Source: Planctomycetota bacterium
GTDB lineage: Bacteria > Planctomycetota > UBA1135 > UBA2386
Length of the DNA stretch: 64,000 nucleotides
Direction of reading: 5' to 3'
Assembly: GCA_947501605.1 (NCBI GenBank)
Contig: CANMWZ010000019.1
Coordinates: forward strand, 25,279-89,278
This document shows, piece by piece, positions 1 to 13,829 of the stretch. The notes under the pieces are model-generated. The model saw only the letters and a program-made list of their open reading frames with translations, ran no database searches and was not told the DNA's origin. Position 1 is the stretch's first letter; every line of letters starts with the position of its first letter. The position numbers and the translations under genes were made by a program.

Positions 1-543
1 GCCCATCAGTCCGAAGGTGCCGGCTTGCTTGCCGGCGAAGGTGGCCCCCAACGACTCGCAGTTGTCCTCCAGCAGCACGATGTCGCGCTTGCCGATGATC
101 GCTTGGATCCGGTCGAAATCGTTCGGATTGCCCAGCAGGTTCACGGCCATGATCGCGCGCGTGCGCGCCGTGATCGCGCGCTCGAGTGCGTCGAGGTCGA
201 AATTGAGCGTGTGTCGGTCGACATCGACGAACACGAGCTTCTGTCCGTACTGCTGAAACGGCCCATAGGTCGTCGACCACGACACCGCCGGCACGATCAC
301 TTCGTCGCCACGCTGCAACGGCCGCTGTTGGCGCAGGGTCATCACGGCGACGGCAAGCAGGTTGGCGGACGAACCCGAGTTCACCATCACCGCATGCTTG
401 CTGCCGACGAGCTTGCTGAACTGCGCTTCGAAGGCAGCGACCTCCTTGCCCATCGAGAACATGCCTGAGTCGATCACGCGCTGGATCGCGCGATACTCTT
501 CGGGCCCCCATGAGGGCGTGGCGAGTGGGTACCGGGGAGTCAT
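1..543 (-). CDS. colD: DegT/DnrJ-family PLP enzyme, probable GDP-4-keto-6-deoxy-D-mannose 3-dehydratase (3' part outside window)
   Basis: Not in ORF track (no stop in window). Manual translation from ATG 543: MTPRYPLATPSWGPEEY...MVNSGSSANLL...GDEVIVPAVSWSTTY...VNLLGNPNDFD...LLEDNCESLGA...GTFGLMG, closely resembling enterobacterial ColD. ATGA overlap with upstream gene stop. Confidence 0.8.
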   Translation of the reverse strand, partial: MTPRYPLATPSWGPEEYRAIQRVIDSGMFSMGKEVAAFEAQFSKLVGSKHAVMVNSGSSANLLAVAVMTLRQQRPLQRGDEVIVPAVSWSTTYGPFQQYGQKLVFVDVDRHTLNFDLDALERAITARTRAIMAVNLLGNPNDFDRIQAIIGKRDIVLLEDNCESLGATFAGKQAGTFGLMG

Positions 544-1472
544 CGAGGTTGCTCTCGCTCGAGAAAGTACTGGTAGGTGTGGCGCAAGCCGGTCGCGAGG
601 TCGGTATCGGCGCGAAAGCCCCACGCCAGCTGACGGTCGATGGCGACCAGCTTGCGCTTCATGCCGCTCGGCTTCGACGGGTCGTGCCGATAACCGCCGC
701 GATAGCCGACGACGGTTGCCGCGGCGCGGTAGTAGTCGTCGACGGTGTGGTCGTGGCCGAGGCCGACGTTCATCAACTCCGGCAACGCGTCGAAATGCGC
801 TGGCACGAGGCACCGCTGAATGCATGCAGCAAGGTCGCCGGCATACAAGAACTCGCGACGCGCAGTGCCATCGCCCCAGACCTCGACCGCAGTGGCGCCA
901 CGTTGCGTGGCTTCGTGCAACTTGCGGATCACCGCCGGCGCCATGTGGGAATTGACCGGATCGAACGAATCCCAGCGCCCGTACAGGTTGCACGGGATCA
1001 GGGTCTTGTAGCGCAGCTCGGGATCTTGCCGCGCCATGTAGCTGCACAAGCGCGCGACCGCACACTTCGCGATCGCGTAGCCCTCGTTGGTTGGCTCCAG
1101 CGGACCGCCGAGCACCAGCTCTTCCCGCAGCGGCTCGTCATGGTCCTTTGGATACATGCACGAACTGCCCAGGTTCAGCAGCCGCGGGACGCGCCCGCTA
1201 GCAGCGGCCAGCACGACGTTGGTGCCCATGTCGAGGTTCTCGACCAGGAAGGCCACCGGCGAGGCAATGTTGGCCTGGATGCCCCCCACCTTGCCGGCCG
1301 CATGAACGACGACATCGGGGCGCGCCTTGACCATGTAGGCCAACACCGCCGCGCGATCGCAAAGGTCGAGCTCACGACGGGTGGGACAGAGCCACTCGTG
1401 CTGCGCCGCCGCCGGGTGCTCGAGCACATTGCGACCGACCATGCCAGTCGAGCCAGTCAACAGAACCCGCAT
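540..1472 (-). CDS. fcl: GDP-L-fucose synthase family epimerase/reductase (probably ColC-type GDP-colitose synthase given context)
   Basis: TGSTGMVG Rossmann motif, HAAGKVGGIQAN, LGSSCMYP, EPTNEGYAIAK (YxxxK), NLYG, VWGDGTARREF; between gmd and colD. Confidence 0.9.
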   Translation of the reverse strand: MRVLLTGSTGMVGRNVLEHPAAAQHEWLCPTRRELDLCDRAAVLAYMVKARPDVVVHAAGKVGGIQANIASPVAFLVENLDMGTNVVLAAASGRVPRLLNLGSSCMYPKDHDEPLREELVLGGPLEPTNEGYAIAKCAVARLCSYMARQDPELRYKTLIPCNLYGRWDSFDPVNSHMAPAVIRKLHEATQRGATAVEVWGDGTARREFLYAGDLAACIQRCLVPAHFDALPELMNVGLGHDHTVDDYYRAAATVVGYRGGYRHDPSKPSGMKRKLVAIDRQLAWGFRADTDLATGLRHTYQYFLEREQPR

Positions 1473-1475
1473 GGT

Positions 1476-2576
1476 TCAGCGAAGACCCTTGCGCTCGCGC
1501 CGCGCCTCGTCGAGGTCCGCAGCCATCATCTCGGCGATGAGACCGCGCAAATCCGTGACGGGATTCCAGCCAAGCACCGTCCTGGCCTTGGTCGCATCGC
1601 CGATCAACAAGTCCACCTCGGTGGGCCTGAAGTAGTGCGGGTCGATGACGACGACGACCTGGCCCTCGTGCACCGCGAAGTCTGGCTGCGTGCACGACTC
1701 GACAAGGCCGCGTTCGTCCGCGCCGACGCCTTCGAAGCGCACGCGGATGCCGATCTCCGCGAACGCGCGCTTGACGAAGTCGCGCACCGAAGTGGTCACG
1801 CCGGTTGCGAGCACATAGTCAGAAGGCGTCTCGTGCTGCACGATGCGCCACATGCCTTCCACGTAGTCGCGCGCGTGACCCCAGTCGCGCTGCGCGTCCA
1901 GGTTGCCGAGGTACATCGTCGTCGTCATGCCGAGCGCAATGCGCGCCGCGCTGCGCGTGATCTTGCGCGTGACGAAGGTCTCGCCGCGGATCGGGCTCTC
2001 GTGGTTGAACAGGATCCCGTTCGACGCGTGCATCCCGTACGCCTCGCGGTAGTTGACCATGATCCAGTAGGCGTAGAGCTTGGCGACCGCGTACGGGCTG
2101 CGCGGATAGAACGGCGTGCGCTCGGTTTGCGGCGTCTCCTGCACGAGGCCGTAGAGCTCCGAGGTCGACGCTTGGTAGATGCGCACGGACTGCTCCATCT
2201 TCAGGATCCGAAGCGCTTCGAGCAGGCGAAGGGCACCGATCGCATCGGCGCTGGCAGTGTATTCCGGCGTCTCGAAACTCACGTGCACGTGGCTCTGCGC
2301 GGCGAGGTTGTAGATCTCGTCCGGCTGCACTTCTTGAACGATGCGGATCAAGTTGGTCGAGTCCGTCATGTCCCCGTAGTGGAGCACCAGCTTCACGTCC
2401 GGTTCGTGCGGGTCGCGAAACAGGTGGTCGATGCGCGCCGTGTTGAACGACGACGACCGCCGCTTGATGCCGTGGACCTCGTAACCCTTGTGCAGCAGCA
2501 GCTCCGCCAAGTAGGCGCCGTCTTGGCCGGTCACCCCGGTGATCAGCGCTCGCTTGGGTCTCTGTGCTGCGGTCAT
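1476..2576 (-). CDS. gmd: GDP-mannose 4,6-dehydratase
   Basis: [62 protein letters not shown]; start placed at ATG 2576. Confidence 0.97.
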   Translation of the reverse strand: MTAAQRPKRALITGVTGQDGAYLAELLLHKGYEVHGIKRRSSSFNTARIDHLFRDPHEPDVKLVLHYGDMTDSTNLIRIVQEVQPDEIYNLAAQSHVHVSFETPEYTASADAIGALRLLEALRILKMEQSVRIYQASTSELYGLVQETPQTERTPFYPRSPYAVAKLYAYWIMVNYREAYGMHASNGILFNHESPIRGETFVTRKITRSAARIALGMTTTMYLGNLDAQRDWGHARDYVEGMWRIVQHETPSDYVLATGVTTSVRDFVKRAFAEIGIRVRFEGVGADERGLVESCTQPDFAVHEGQVVVVIDPHYFRPTEVDLLIGDATKARTVLGWNPVTDLRGLIAEMMAADLDEARRERKGLR

Positions 2577-2647
2577 CGCAACGGCAGACAATGCGAGCTA
2601 TGGCCCAGGTTTCAAGCGCAAGGCCCGCAGGCGTTATGTTCCGCGCC

Positions 2648-3418
2648 ATGCGCAGCCTCGCCGCCCTCTCGTTCCTTGCCTGGTTGTCCGCGTGCACAGC
2701 TACGGGTCCAGGCGCTGCACTCCAGGTCGCAGAACCACGAGCTTTCGTCGACGGCAGAGGCCCTGGCTTTCGCCGCCTTTCGCTGCAGGACTTCGACAAC
2801 GTCAATGGCGACAGCACCACGTGGACCGAGGTGGACGGCATGATCCGCTGCACCGGGAAGCCGCTTGGTGGCGCCCGCAGCAAGAAGGTCTACCGGAACT
2901 TCGAACTGGTCGCGGAGTGGAAACACCACACGCATGGTGGCAACTCCGGCATCTTCGTCTGGTGCCCCGCCTCGGCGTTCACGGACTTGCCACAGGGCAC
3001 GCTGCCGCGCAGTGGCATCGAAGTGCAGGTGCTCGATCTCGGCTACGAACAGCAATGGCTGGCAGCGAAGGGCGCGCACTCAGACTGGTTCACGAGCCAC
3101 GGCGATGTCTTCCCGGTTGGCGACTCGACGATGGTCGCGTTCACGCCGACGATCCGCTACACGGCGGCGGACGGCACCACCTACGACGTCGGCAGCGCGA
3201 CCAGTTCGCGCAGTTTTCCGGTGCAGCGTCGCGTGCAGCCTGCCGGCGAGTGGAACCACTACTACGTGCGCGCCATCGATGGCGAGATCCGACTGTGGGT
3301 CAACGGCGAAGAAGTGTGCGGCGGCTCGAAGTGCACGCCGAGCGAGGGCTACCTGGCGCTCGAGTCCGAAGGCGCGCTGGTCGAGTACCGCAACCTGCGG
3401 CTGCGCCAACTGCCCTGA
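2648..3418 (+). CDS. DUF1080 (3-keto-disaccharide hydrolase family) lipoprotein
   Basis: Lipobox LSAC, GNSGIF, GIEVQVLD, GEWNHY, GYLALESEG..VEYRNL; start at ATG 2648 behind TATGTT. Confidence 0.88.
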   Translation: MRSLAALSFLAWLSACTATGPGAALQVAEPRAFVDGRGPGFRRLSLQDFDNVNGDSTTWTEVDGMIRCTGKPLGGARSKKVYRNFELVAEWKHHTHGGNSGIFVWCPASAFTDLPQGTLPRSGIEVQVLDLGYEQQWLAAKGAHSDWFTSHGDVFPVGDSTMVAFTPTIRYTAADGTTYDVGSATSSRSFPVQRRVQPAGEWNHYYVRAIDGEIRLWVNGEEVCGGSKCTPSEGYLALESEGALVEYRNLRLRQLP

Positions 3419-3747
3419 GCGACTCGCACGCGGCAGCCCCTGTCGTTCCGACCTCGGAACGACGGACGGCGCGGCAAAGGCGCACGCGGCGCCAGCAGCG
3501 AACCGGCACGACCGTTGCGAAGCAGCTGCCGCGCCCCCAGCACCGCGCAACCCCGCGCCGCTCGCCCAACGAGGTTCCCCATGCCCCGCAAGCCACTCTC
3601 GCCGTTTCTACGCTGCCTAGCCGTCGCCGTCGTGCTGACCGCGGCAACAAGAGCTCAATCCGCGCCACCAAGGCCGCTGCAAGACACACCGGGGCGTGTG
3701 GGTCGCGAACAGGAACGCACACCCCTCTTGCGGCAGGATCTCCTGCC

Positions 3748-7044
<3,297 letters not shown>

Positions 7045-7250
7045 CGCTCGATCGACCCGTCCACGCCGGCCTCTTGAGCAGCATCCGGGTAGGGGCCCTC
7101 GCGGGCGCCTTCGATGGCTACCTGCGAACCTCCAGGTCGACCCGCCAGACGCTGACCGCCGGCTCAGAACCGCCGTTGGTGCGGGCGTCCCGCCGCGGAG
7201 GTAGCGTTCTGGGCCGCGCTCGTCCCGCGCGCCACCGCCCAAGGAAACTG

Positions 7251-8138
7251 ATGCACCTTTCGACCCACAACTGGATGCGCGCCGAGCCACTCGAGCTGAC
7301 GCTGCGCCGAATCAAGCGTCTCGGCTTTCAGAGCATCGAGATCAGCGGCGAGCCAAAGCAGTACGACACCAAGGAGTCGCGCCAGCTGCTGAAGCAGTAC
7401 GGCATCCGCTGCTGGGGCTCGGTGACTTTGACCCTCGGGCAGCGCAACCTCGCTGCCAGCGATGAAGCGCAGCGAGCTGCGTCGCTCGAGTACTTCATGT
7501 CGGTCGTCACGATGGTCAAGGAACTCGAGGGCACCGAGATCACGATCGTGCCGGCGACCGTGGGCAAGATCACCCCGGACGGCACCCCCGAGGAGGAGTG
7601 GAAGTGGGTCGTCGATGGCCTGCGCGAGGTCTATGGCTACGCCCAGCGCTGCGGCGTCAAGATGGCGCTCGAACCACTCAATCGCTTCGAGACCTACTTC
7701 TTGAACCGAGCCGACCAGGCCCTGCGGCTGGCGCAGGAGGTTGGCCCCGAGTGCGGCGTATGCCTCGACGTGTTCCACATGAACATCGAGGAGGTCGACA
7801 TGTTTGCGGCCATCGAGAAGGTCGGCAACCGCCTCGTCGACGTGCATGTCGCCGAAAACAACCGGCTCGCGCCGGGGATGGGCAACATCGATTGGCCGAA
7901 GCTGGTCGCCACGCTGCGCAAGGTCGGCTACCAAGGCGCCCTGACGATGGAGGCGGTCGCACCGGTCGATCGGACGCCCGTGTCGCCGTGGCCCGACCAA
8001 GTCGAGAAGAACCCCGTCGATATCTCTGCCGAGCAGCTCAAGTTCATCATCGACCACGGCAGCAACCTGCTGAGCGAGAGCTTCTACACGATGCTCTACG
8101 AAACGGCCTCGAAGACCCTCTTGCCGCTGATCCGCTGA
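7251..8138 (+). CDS. Sugar phosphate isomerase/epimerase (D-psicose/D-tagatose 3-epimerase-like TIM barrel)
   Basis: AAGGA RBS before ATG 7251; LEPLNRFETY, LDVFHMNIEE, VHVAENNR metal-binding motifs. Confidence 0.88.
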   Translation: MHLSTHNWMRAEPLELTLRRIKRLGFQSIEISGEPKQYDTKESRQLLKQYGIRCWGSVTLTLGQRNLAASDEAQRAASLEYFMSVVTMVKELEGTEITIVPATVGKITPDGTPEEEWKWVVDGLREVYGYAQRCGVKMALEPLNRFETYFLNRADQALRLAQEVGPECGVCLDVFHMNIEEVDMFAAIEKVGNRLVDVHVAENNRLAPGMGNIDWPKLVATLRKVGYQGALTMEAVAPVDRTPVSPWPDQVEKNPVDISAEQLKFIIDHGSNLLSESFYTMLYETASKTLLPLIR

Positions 8139-8145
8139 GCCACCC

Positions 8146-9312
8146 GTGAAGATCCGCTCTGTCGACGCCGTGTGGCTGCACTGCCCGCTCGAGGCCCAGA
8201 AGCAGCACGTCTCGGATTTTGGTCGCATCACCGCGTTTGACGCCGTGCTCGTCACGATCACGACGGAGGATGGGCTCGCTGGCTATGGCGAGGCCAAGCC
8301 CGCCGTCGGCAGCGCCGGCAATGGCGCAGCCCTCGTCGCCATCGTGCGCCAAGAGCTGGGCCCAATGCTGATCGGGGCCGACGCCCGCGACGTTTCGCGA
8401 CTGTGGTCGCGCATGTACAACGGCACGCGCGCGCCGCTCGCCGAACGCTTTGGCCGAGCGATGCCGGTGCTCGGTCGGAGAGGGGTGCACACGGCGGCGA
8501 TGAGCGGCGTCGACCTCGCCCTCTGGGATCTCGCCGGGAAGGCCAAGGGGTGCACCGTGCTCGAACTCCTTGGTGGCCCATGCCGCGACCGCGTCAAGGC
8601 CTACGCCAGCGGCGGCTGGGCCAATGCCGCGCAGATCGGCAACGAGCTCGCGCGCTATCAGCAACAGGGCTTCCAGGCGATCAAGATGCGCATCGGCGCG
8701 ATGGACGGCAGCGTCGACAAGAGCCTCGCGCGCGTCCGCGCCGCGCGCACCGCCACCGGCACGGACATCGACCTGATGTGCGATGCTCACGGGACGCTCA
8801 ACGTCGCCGAGGCCAAGCGCTTCTGCACCGCCGCCGCCGAGCTTGGGCTGCGCTTCGTCGAGGAACCGGTGGCGTCCGATGATCGCCAGGGTCTCGCCGA
8901 GGTGCGCGCCGCGAGCCCGTTGCCGATCGCCGCGGGCGAAAGCGAGTTCACCGCGTTCGACTTCCAGGAACTGCTGGCGCACCGTGCGATCGACGTGCTC
9001 CAGCCCGACCTCGCGATTGCCGGTGGCATCAGCGAAGGGCTGCGGATCGCCGCGCTCGCCTACGCCAACCGGCTGGAGCTTGCGCCGCACTGCTGGGGCT
9101 CGGCGATCTCGTTCCAAGCCGCGCGCACGCTTGCCTTCGCGAGCCCCGCGGGCGTGTTCGTCGAAGTCCCGATGGGCGGCGCACCGTTGCTGCGCGAACT
9201 GGCCACCATCGACCTCACGCTGCACGATGGCATGCTGCTGCCGCCGCAGGGTCCGGGTTTTGGAGTCATGCCCGACCCCGAGTTCGTCCGCCGCTACACC
9301 CGCGATTGCTGA
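8146..9312 (+). CDS. Mandelate racemase/muconate lactonizing enzyme (enolase superfamily), probable acid-sugar dehydratase
   Basis: SGVDLALWDL.GK, KMRIG, DAH, EEP, AAGESE, QPD, APH motifs. Confidence 0.9.
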   Translation: MKIRSVDAVWLHCPLEAQKQHVSDFGRITAFDAVLVTITTEDGLAGYGEAKPAVGSAGNGAALVAIVRQELGPMLIGADARDVSRLWSRMYNGTRAPLAERFGRAMPVLGRRGVHTAAMSGVDLALWDLAGKAKGCTVLELLGGPCRDRVKAYASGGWANAAQIGNELARYQQQGFQAIKMRIGAMDGSVDKSLARVRAARTATGTDIDLMCDAHGTLNVAEAKRFCTAAAELGLRFVEEPVASDDRQGLAEVRAASPLPIAAGESEFTAFDFQELLAHRAIDVLQPDLAIAGGISEGLRIAALAYANRLELAPHCWGSAISFQAARTLAFASPAGVFVEVPMGGAPLLRELATIDLTLHDGMLLPPQGPGFGVMPDPEFVRRYTRDC

Positions 9313-9319
9313 GACCGCC

Positions 9320-9790
9320 GTGAACGAACCACTGCTGCAACACGTCAATGTCAACGTCGACGACCTCGACGCCGCCGTCCCGTTCTACCGCGACGTGCTG
9401 CTGCTGCCGCTCGACCCGACGCCGGACCAGGGCTTTCGCTCGCAGTTCTTCCGCATCGGCAGCACGCAGCAGATCCACATGAATGAGATCGCGGACGTCC
9501 ACCAATTCCGCGGCCACTTCTGCCTCGTCGTACCCGACTTCGAAGCTGTCTTCGCACTGGCCAAAGCTCACCACGTGATCGACCTGCGCCCGTGGGGACG
9601 CGTGCGCCGACTGCCATCGGGATCGATGCAGATGTTCGTGCGCGACCCGTCAGGCAACCTGATCGAGATCGCGAGCCGAAAGGACGCGATCATCGACGAC
9701 CGCGTGCTGCGCGATGAACTCGTCGAGCCCAAGCCTGGCATGTACCGAATGGCCAAGGGTGCGAGCACGGGCCAGCACGAGACCCCATGA
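9320..9790 (+). CDS. VOC/glyoxalase family protein
   Basis: GTG 9320; LQHVNVNVDDLDAAVPFYRDVL..., HFCLVV, MFVRDPSGNLIEI; ATGA overlap with next gene. Confidence 0.85.
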   Translation: MNEPLLQHVNVNVDDLDAAVPFYRDVLLLPLDPTPDQGFRSQFFRIGSTQQIHMNEIADVHQFRGHFCLVVPDFEAVFALAKAHHVIDLRPWGRVRRLPSGSMQMFVRDPSGNLIEIASRKDAIIDDRVLRDELVEPKPGMYRMAKGASTGQHETP

Positions 9791-10719
9791 GCATCCTGCT
9801 CCTGGAGTCGTTGCATCCGGACGCGGAGGCACTGCTGACGGCGCAGGATGAAGTGGTCCGGGCCCAAGACCCAAATGCGCCCCGCTGCGACTTCGCCTCG
9901 GTGCGCGCGATCATGACCCGCGGTCGCGGTCGGATCGGCGAAGACCTTCTGCGTCGCTGCCCCAAGCTCGTGGCCATCGCCCGCGCTGGCGTCGGCCTCG
10001 ACAATCTGGACACTGCGGCGGCGGCGCGGCTGCGCATCCCCGTGGTGTTCGCTCCCGGCGGCAACACGCTGACGGTGGCAGAACACACGATCGCGCTGAT
10101 CCTCGACCTCGTGCGGGGCATTTCGCGCGGCGCTGCCAGCGTTGCCGCCGGTCGCTGGGAGGACCGCGCGCGCTACCAAGGCAATGAGATCCGCGGCCTC
10201 GTGCTCGGCGTCCTGGGCTTTGGCAACATCGGCCGACGCGTCGCGCAACTGGCATCGGCCTTCGACATGCAGATCCTGATCGCCGCCCGCGCCGGACGCC
10301 CACCGCCGTCGCAGTTTCCGTCCGCGCCGCTCCACGACGTGCTCGCGCGTGCCGACGTTGTCACGCTGCATCTGCCGCTCGACGCCACGACCAAGGGACT
10401 GATCGGCGCGCGCGAACTCGCGGCGATGAAGCGCACGGCGTTCTTGGTCAACACTGCCCGCGGCGCCCTGATCGACGGCACAGCCTTGCGCGCAGCGCTG
10501 CTCACCGGCCAGCTCGGAGGCTTTGCGGCCGACGTGCTCGAGCAAGAACCGCCGAGCGCGGATGACCTGCTGCTGCGTTCGGACCGGGTGCTGTTGACGC
10601 CGCACAGCGCATCGCTGACCAACCTGACGTATCGAACGATGTGCGTCGACACCGCCACCAACGTCGTGGCGCTGTTGCGGGGCGAGGAACCGGCGGCCCT
10701 CTGCCTCTACCGCGGTTGA
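9787..10719 (+). CDS. D-isomer-specific 2-hydroxyacid dehydrogenase (SerA-like)
   Basis: RAGVGLDN, GVLGFGNIG, LHLPL, VNTARG, DVLEQEP, LTPH. Confidence 0.92.
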   Translation: MSILLLESLHPDAEALLTAQDEVVRAQDPNAPRCDFASVRAIMTRGRGRIGEDLLRRCPKLVAIARAGVGLDNLDTAAAARLRIPVVFAPGGNTLTVAEHTIALILDLVRGISRGAASVAAGRWEDRARYQGNEIRGLVLGVLGFGNIGRRVAQLASAFDMQILIAARAGRPPPSQFPSAPLHDVLARADVVTLHLPLDATTKGLIGARELAAMKRTAFLVNTARGALIDGTALRAALLTGQLGGFAADVLEQEPPSADDLLLRSDRVLLTPHSASLTNLTYRTMCVDTATNVVALLRGEEPAALCLYRG

Positions 10720-10731
10720 GCTGCGCCCGCG

Positions 10732-11487
10732 ATGTTGCCCGCCGACACTCATATCGTTCTCGTCCGCCCGCGCCGCGCGCTGAACCTCGGCGGGGTCGCG
10801 CGCGCGATGAAGAACTTCGGCCTCTGCCGACTCACGCTGGTTGCGTCGCAGATCGGCTCGTGGGCGGACGCTTGGCGCATGGCGGTCAAGGCCGACGACG
10901 TGTTGCGCGCAACGACGCAGACCGACGACCTCGACCAGGCCCTTGCCGATGCGACGTGGATCGTCGGCACGACCAATCGTGCGCGCCCTGGACAGCGATT
11001 GCTGTCGCCGCGCGAAGTCGCTGTCGCTGCGCTTGTGCGCGGCGCCCCGACCATCCTGTTCGGCGATGAAAACAGTGGGCTGTCCAACCCAGAACTGCTC
11101 CGCTGCCACGACGTCGCGACGATCGCCACCGCACCCGAACAGTCGTCGCTGAATCTCGCGCAAGCTGTGCTGGTGTTCGCCCACGAACTGTTCGTCGCGG
11201 CAACCCCAGCCAGTGCCCTGGTCCATGCCGCGTCGATGGCAGCACCGGCCGTCGACCTTTGCACCGACGAACTGCTGCAACGCTTGGCCGAAAAGCTGAG
11301 CCACGCACTCAGCAACTCGGCCTGGACTGACGCCAGCCGCGAACGCGATGCGATTCTGGAGCTGATGCAGCCGTTTCGACGCGCGCAGTTGACGCAGCAG
11401 GAGCTGCTGGCGTGGTTGACGGCGCTGGGCAAGATCGTCCAACCGCGCGGCCGTGGTCGCGGTGGGCCTTCGGGCATCGCCACGTAA
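10732..11487 (+). CDS. SPOUT RNA methyltransferase, TrmJ/LasT family
   Basis: IVLVRP..NLGGVARAMKNFG, LFGDENSGLSN.EL, SSLNLAQAV. Confidence 0.88.
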   Translation: MLPADTHIVLVRPRRALNLGGVARAMKNFGLCRLTLVASQIGSWADAWRMAVKADDVLRATTQTDDLDQALADATWIVGTTNRARPGQRLLSPREVAVAALVRGAPTILFGDENSGLSNPELLRCHDVATIATAPEQSSLNLAQAVLVFAHELFVAATPASALVHAASMAAPAVDLCTDELLQRLAEKLSHALSNSAWTDASRERDAILELMQPFRRAQLTQQELLAWLTALGKIVQPRGRGRGGPSGIAT

Positions 11488-11529
11488 CAGCCGCCACCGC
11501 CACGTTCGGGCGAAGGCCCGCCTCTACAA

Positions 11530-13821
11530 ATGCGCCACCTGACAGTTCTGCTGCTGACCCTCGCCGCGCCCTCGCTCCGCGCCCAGGCTAGTTCCTTCCC
11601 GAGCCTCATCTACGCGACCGTCCAGGTCGCCGGCACACCGCGAAACCTGCTGCTCGATCTGCAGGTGCCCGCCGGGGCCGGCCCATTTCCGGTCGTGGCG
11701 TGGATCCACGGAGGTGGCTGGCAGAGTGGCTCGCGATTGCCTGTTCCCGCCACCGCGACCCGACTCTTGGCCCGCGGCTATGCGGTAGCCAGCATCGACT
11801 ACCGCCTCAGTGGCGCAGCAATCTGGCCGGCGCAGATCCACGATTGCAAAGCGGCGATCCGCTACGTGCGCGCCAACGCAGCGACCTTTGGCCTCGACCC
11901 GAATCGCATCGCGGTCATGGGCAGCTCCGCTGGCGGTCATCTCGTCGCGGCGCTTTCGACCATGGGGGATGTTGGCACCGTGCGCAGTGGGACCTTCGTC
12001 GTGGACCTCGAAGGCACAGTCGGTCCGCATCTTGGCACGTCGAGCCGCGTGCAGGCCTGCGTCGCTCAATTCGGCCCGACCAACATGCTGCACGCGCACG
12101 AGTTGCCGACCTTCGACCATGACAGTGCGAGCTCCCCAGAGTCTCTGCTGGTCGGCGGCGCGATCCAGACGGTCCCGGAGCGATGGGCGACGGTCGATCC
12201 GATCTCTTTCTTGTCGCCCGACGACGCCCCGATGCTCCTGATGCACGGGACCGATGACACGGTGGTGCCATTCCATCAAAGCCAGATGCTGCTCGACGCG
12301 GCCACCGCCATCGGCCACGACGCGACGCTGTTCGCAGTCCAAAACAACGGCCATGGTGGCCCAGGCTTCTTGGCACCCGACGCAACCGCTGCGATCGATG
12401 CCTTTCTCGACAGCCGACTGCGCGATCTGCCGACCACCGTCGTCAGTGTCACGGCGAGCGACGCGAGTGCAGCCGAGAACGGCGACACCGCAACCTTCGT
12501 GGTCGCACGCACTGGCAGTACGGCGGCCCCGCTGATGGTCACGTTGGTTCTCGGCGGCGACTGCGAACCGTTCGCCGACTGCGAGCCCATGCCCGCGTTG
12601 CTGACCATCCCCGCCGGGCAGGCGAGTGCAACCATGACCTTCTCGCCTCGCGACGACGCGCTCGTCGAAGGGACCGAGACTGCCGCGCTGCACATCGGTG
12701 CGTCTCTCGCGTACCGAATCGACGCCAGCCAGAGCCGCGCGTTCGCAACCCTCAGCGACGACGACAGCGCGGCGGCGCTGCCCGTCGTCACCTTCTTGGC
12801 ACTCGACGAAGCGGCGAGCGAAGCCGCTGGCAATCCCGGGGCAGTGGACTGCGTGCGCACCGGGCCGACGACTGCAGCCCTGACCGTTGGCTACGAAATC
12901 CGGGGGTCGGCGACCCAAGGCAGCGACTACGCGGCCCTGGCCGGCACGGCGACGATCCCGGCCGGCAGCAGTTCGGTGGCTATCGTCGTGCAACCACTGC
13001 AGGACTTTGCGCCCGAAGCTTCTGAGACGGTCGTGCTGCAGCTACTCGCGGGATCGACCTACGTCCGCGGAACGGACTCGACTGCGCACGTCGTCATCGC
13101 CGACGACGATCGCGGCAGCGCGCTGCCGATCGTCAGCGTCCTCGCGACCGAACCCACCATCGCCGAGCCCCTCGACTCGGGCACGTTCTCAATCACACGC
13201 ACGGGCGCGACCAACGTCCCTCTGACGGTGCGCCTGGGGTCCACCGGCACGGCGACGCCGAGCCTCGATTTTGCACCGTTGCCGACCGCGGTCGTGATCC
13301 CGGCCGGATCCGCGTGGGTTCGCCTGCCGGTGATCGCGCTCGACGACAACACGATCGAACCGATGGAAGACGTGGTCCTCACGGTCGTCCCCGACGCGGC
13401 CTACTCCATCGGTCGCGCTGGTGCCAAAGCGCTCTGGCTCGGCGATGACGACGCGCCCGCACCGGCGGCGAGTGCGATCGCGCTGGCGATCGGCCCGCTC
13501 GAACCCGGCCGCACGGCCACCGCGACGATCGTCGGCGGCGCCCCTTTTGGCCTGCACGGCCTCTGGCTCAGCCTGTTGCCGGCCCATGTCGCACTGCCGC
13601 CGTTCGGCACTGTGCAGATCGACCTGGTCTTCGGCAGCGAGTTCGCGACCGGGACCTTGGACAACAGCGGCGCCGCGATCGTGCCGCTCGCCGTGCCGCT
13701 GTCGTCTGCCTTCACGGGCATCGACACCTACTGGCAGTCAGTGGCGACCACGACGATCGCGCCGTTTGTCGAACTGAGTCCCGCGCGGCGGCGCCGCGTG
13801 CTCGCCCCACCGCCGTTCTGA
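11530..13821 (+). CDS. Secreted alpha/beta-hydrolase (BD-FAE-like esterase) with three Calx-beta-like domains and a C-terminal domain
   Basis: Signal peptide, IHGGGW, GSSAGG, HGTDD.VVP, GHG; repeated ..T.PAG.....D...E..E...L.......Y..........I.DDD modules. Confidence 0.85.
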   Translation: MRHLTVLLLTLAAPSLRAQASSFPSLIYATVQVAGTPRNLLLDLQVPAGAGPFPVVAWIHGGGWQSGSRLPVPATATRLLARGYAVASIDYRLSGAAIWPAQIHDCKAAIRYVRANAATFGLDPNRIAVMGSSAGGHLVAALSTMGDVGTVRSGTFVVDLEGTVGPHLGTSSRVQACVAQFGPTNMLHAHELPTFDHDSASSPESLLVGGAIQTVPERWATVDPISFLSPDDAPMLLMHGTDDTVVPFHQSQMLLDAATAIGHDATLFAVQNNGHGGPGFLAPDATAAIDAFLDSRLRDLPTTVVSVTASDASAAENGDTATFVVARTGSTAAPLMVTLVLGGDCEPFADCEPMPALLTIPAGQASATMTFSPRDDALVEGTETAALHIGASLAYRIDASQSRAFATLSDDDSAAALPVVTFLALDEAASEAAGNPGAVDCVRTGPTTAALTVGYEIRGSATQGSDYAALAGTATIPAGSSSVAIVVQPLQDFAPEASETVVLQLLAGSTYVRGTDSTAHVVIADDDRGSALPIVSVLATEPTIAEPLDSGTFSITRTGATNVPLTVRLGSTGTATPSLDFAPLPTAVVIPAGSAWVRLPVIALDDNTIEPMEDVVLTVVPDAAYSIGRAGAKALWLGDDDAPAPAASAIALAIGPLEPGRTATATIVGGAPFGLHGLWLSLLPAHVALPPFGTVQIDLVFGSEFATGTLDNSGAAIVPLAVPLSSAFTGIDTYWQSVATTTIAPFVELSPARRRRVLAPPPF

Positions 13822-13829
13822 AGGAACGG

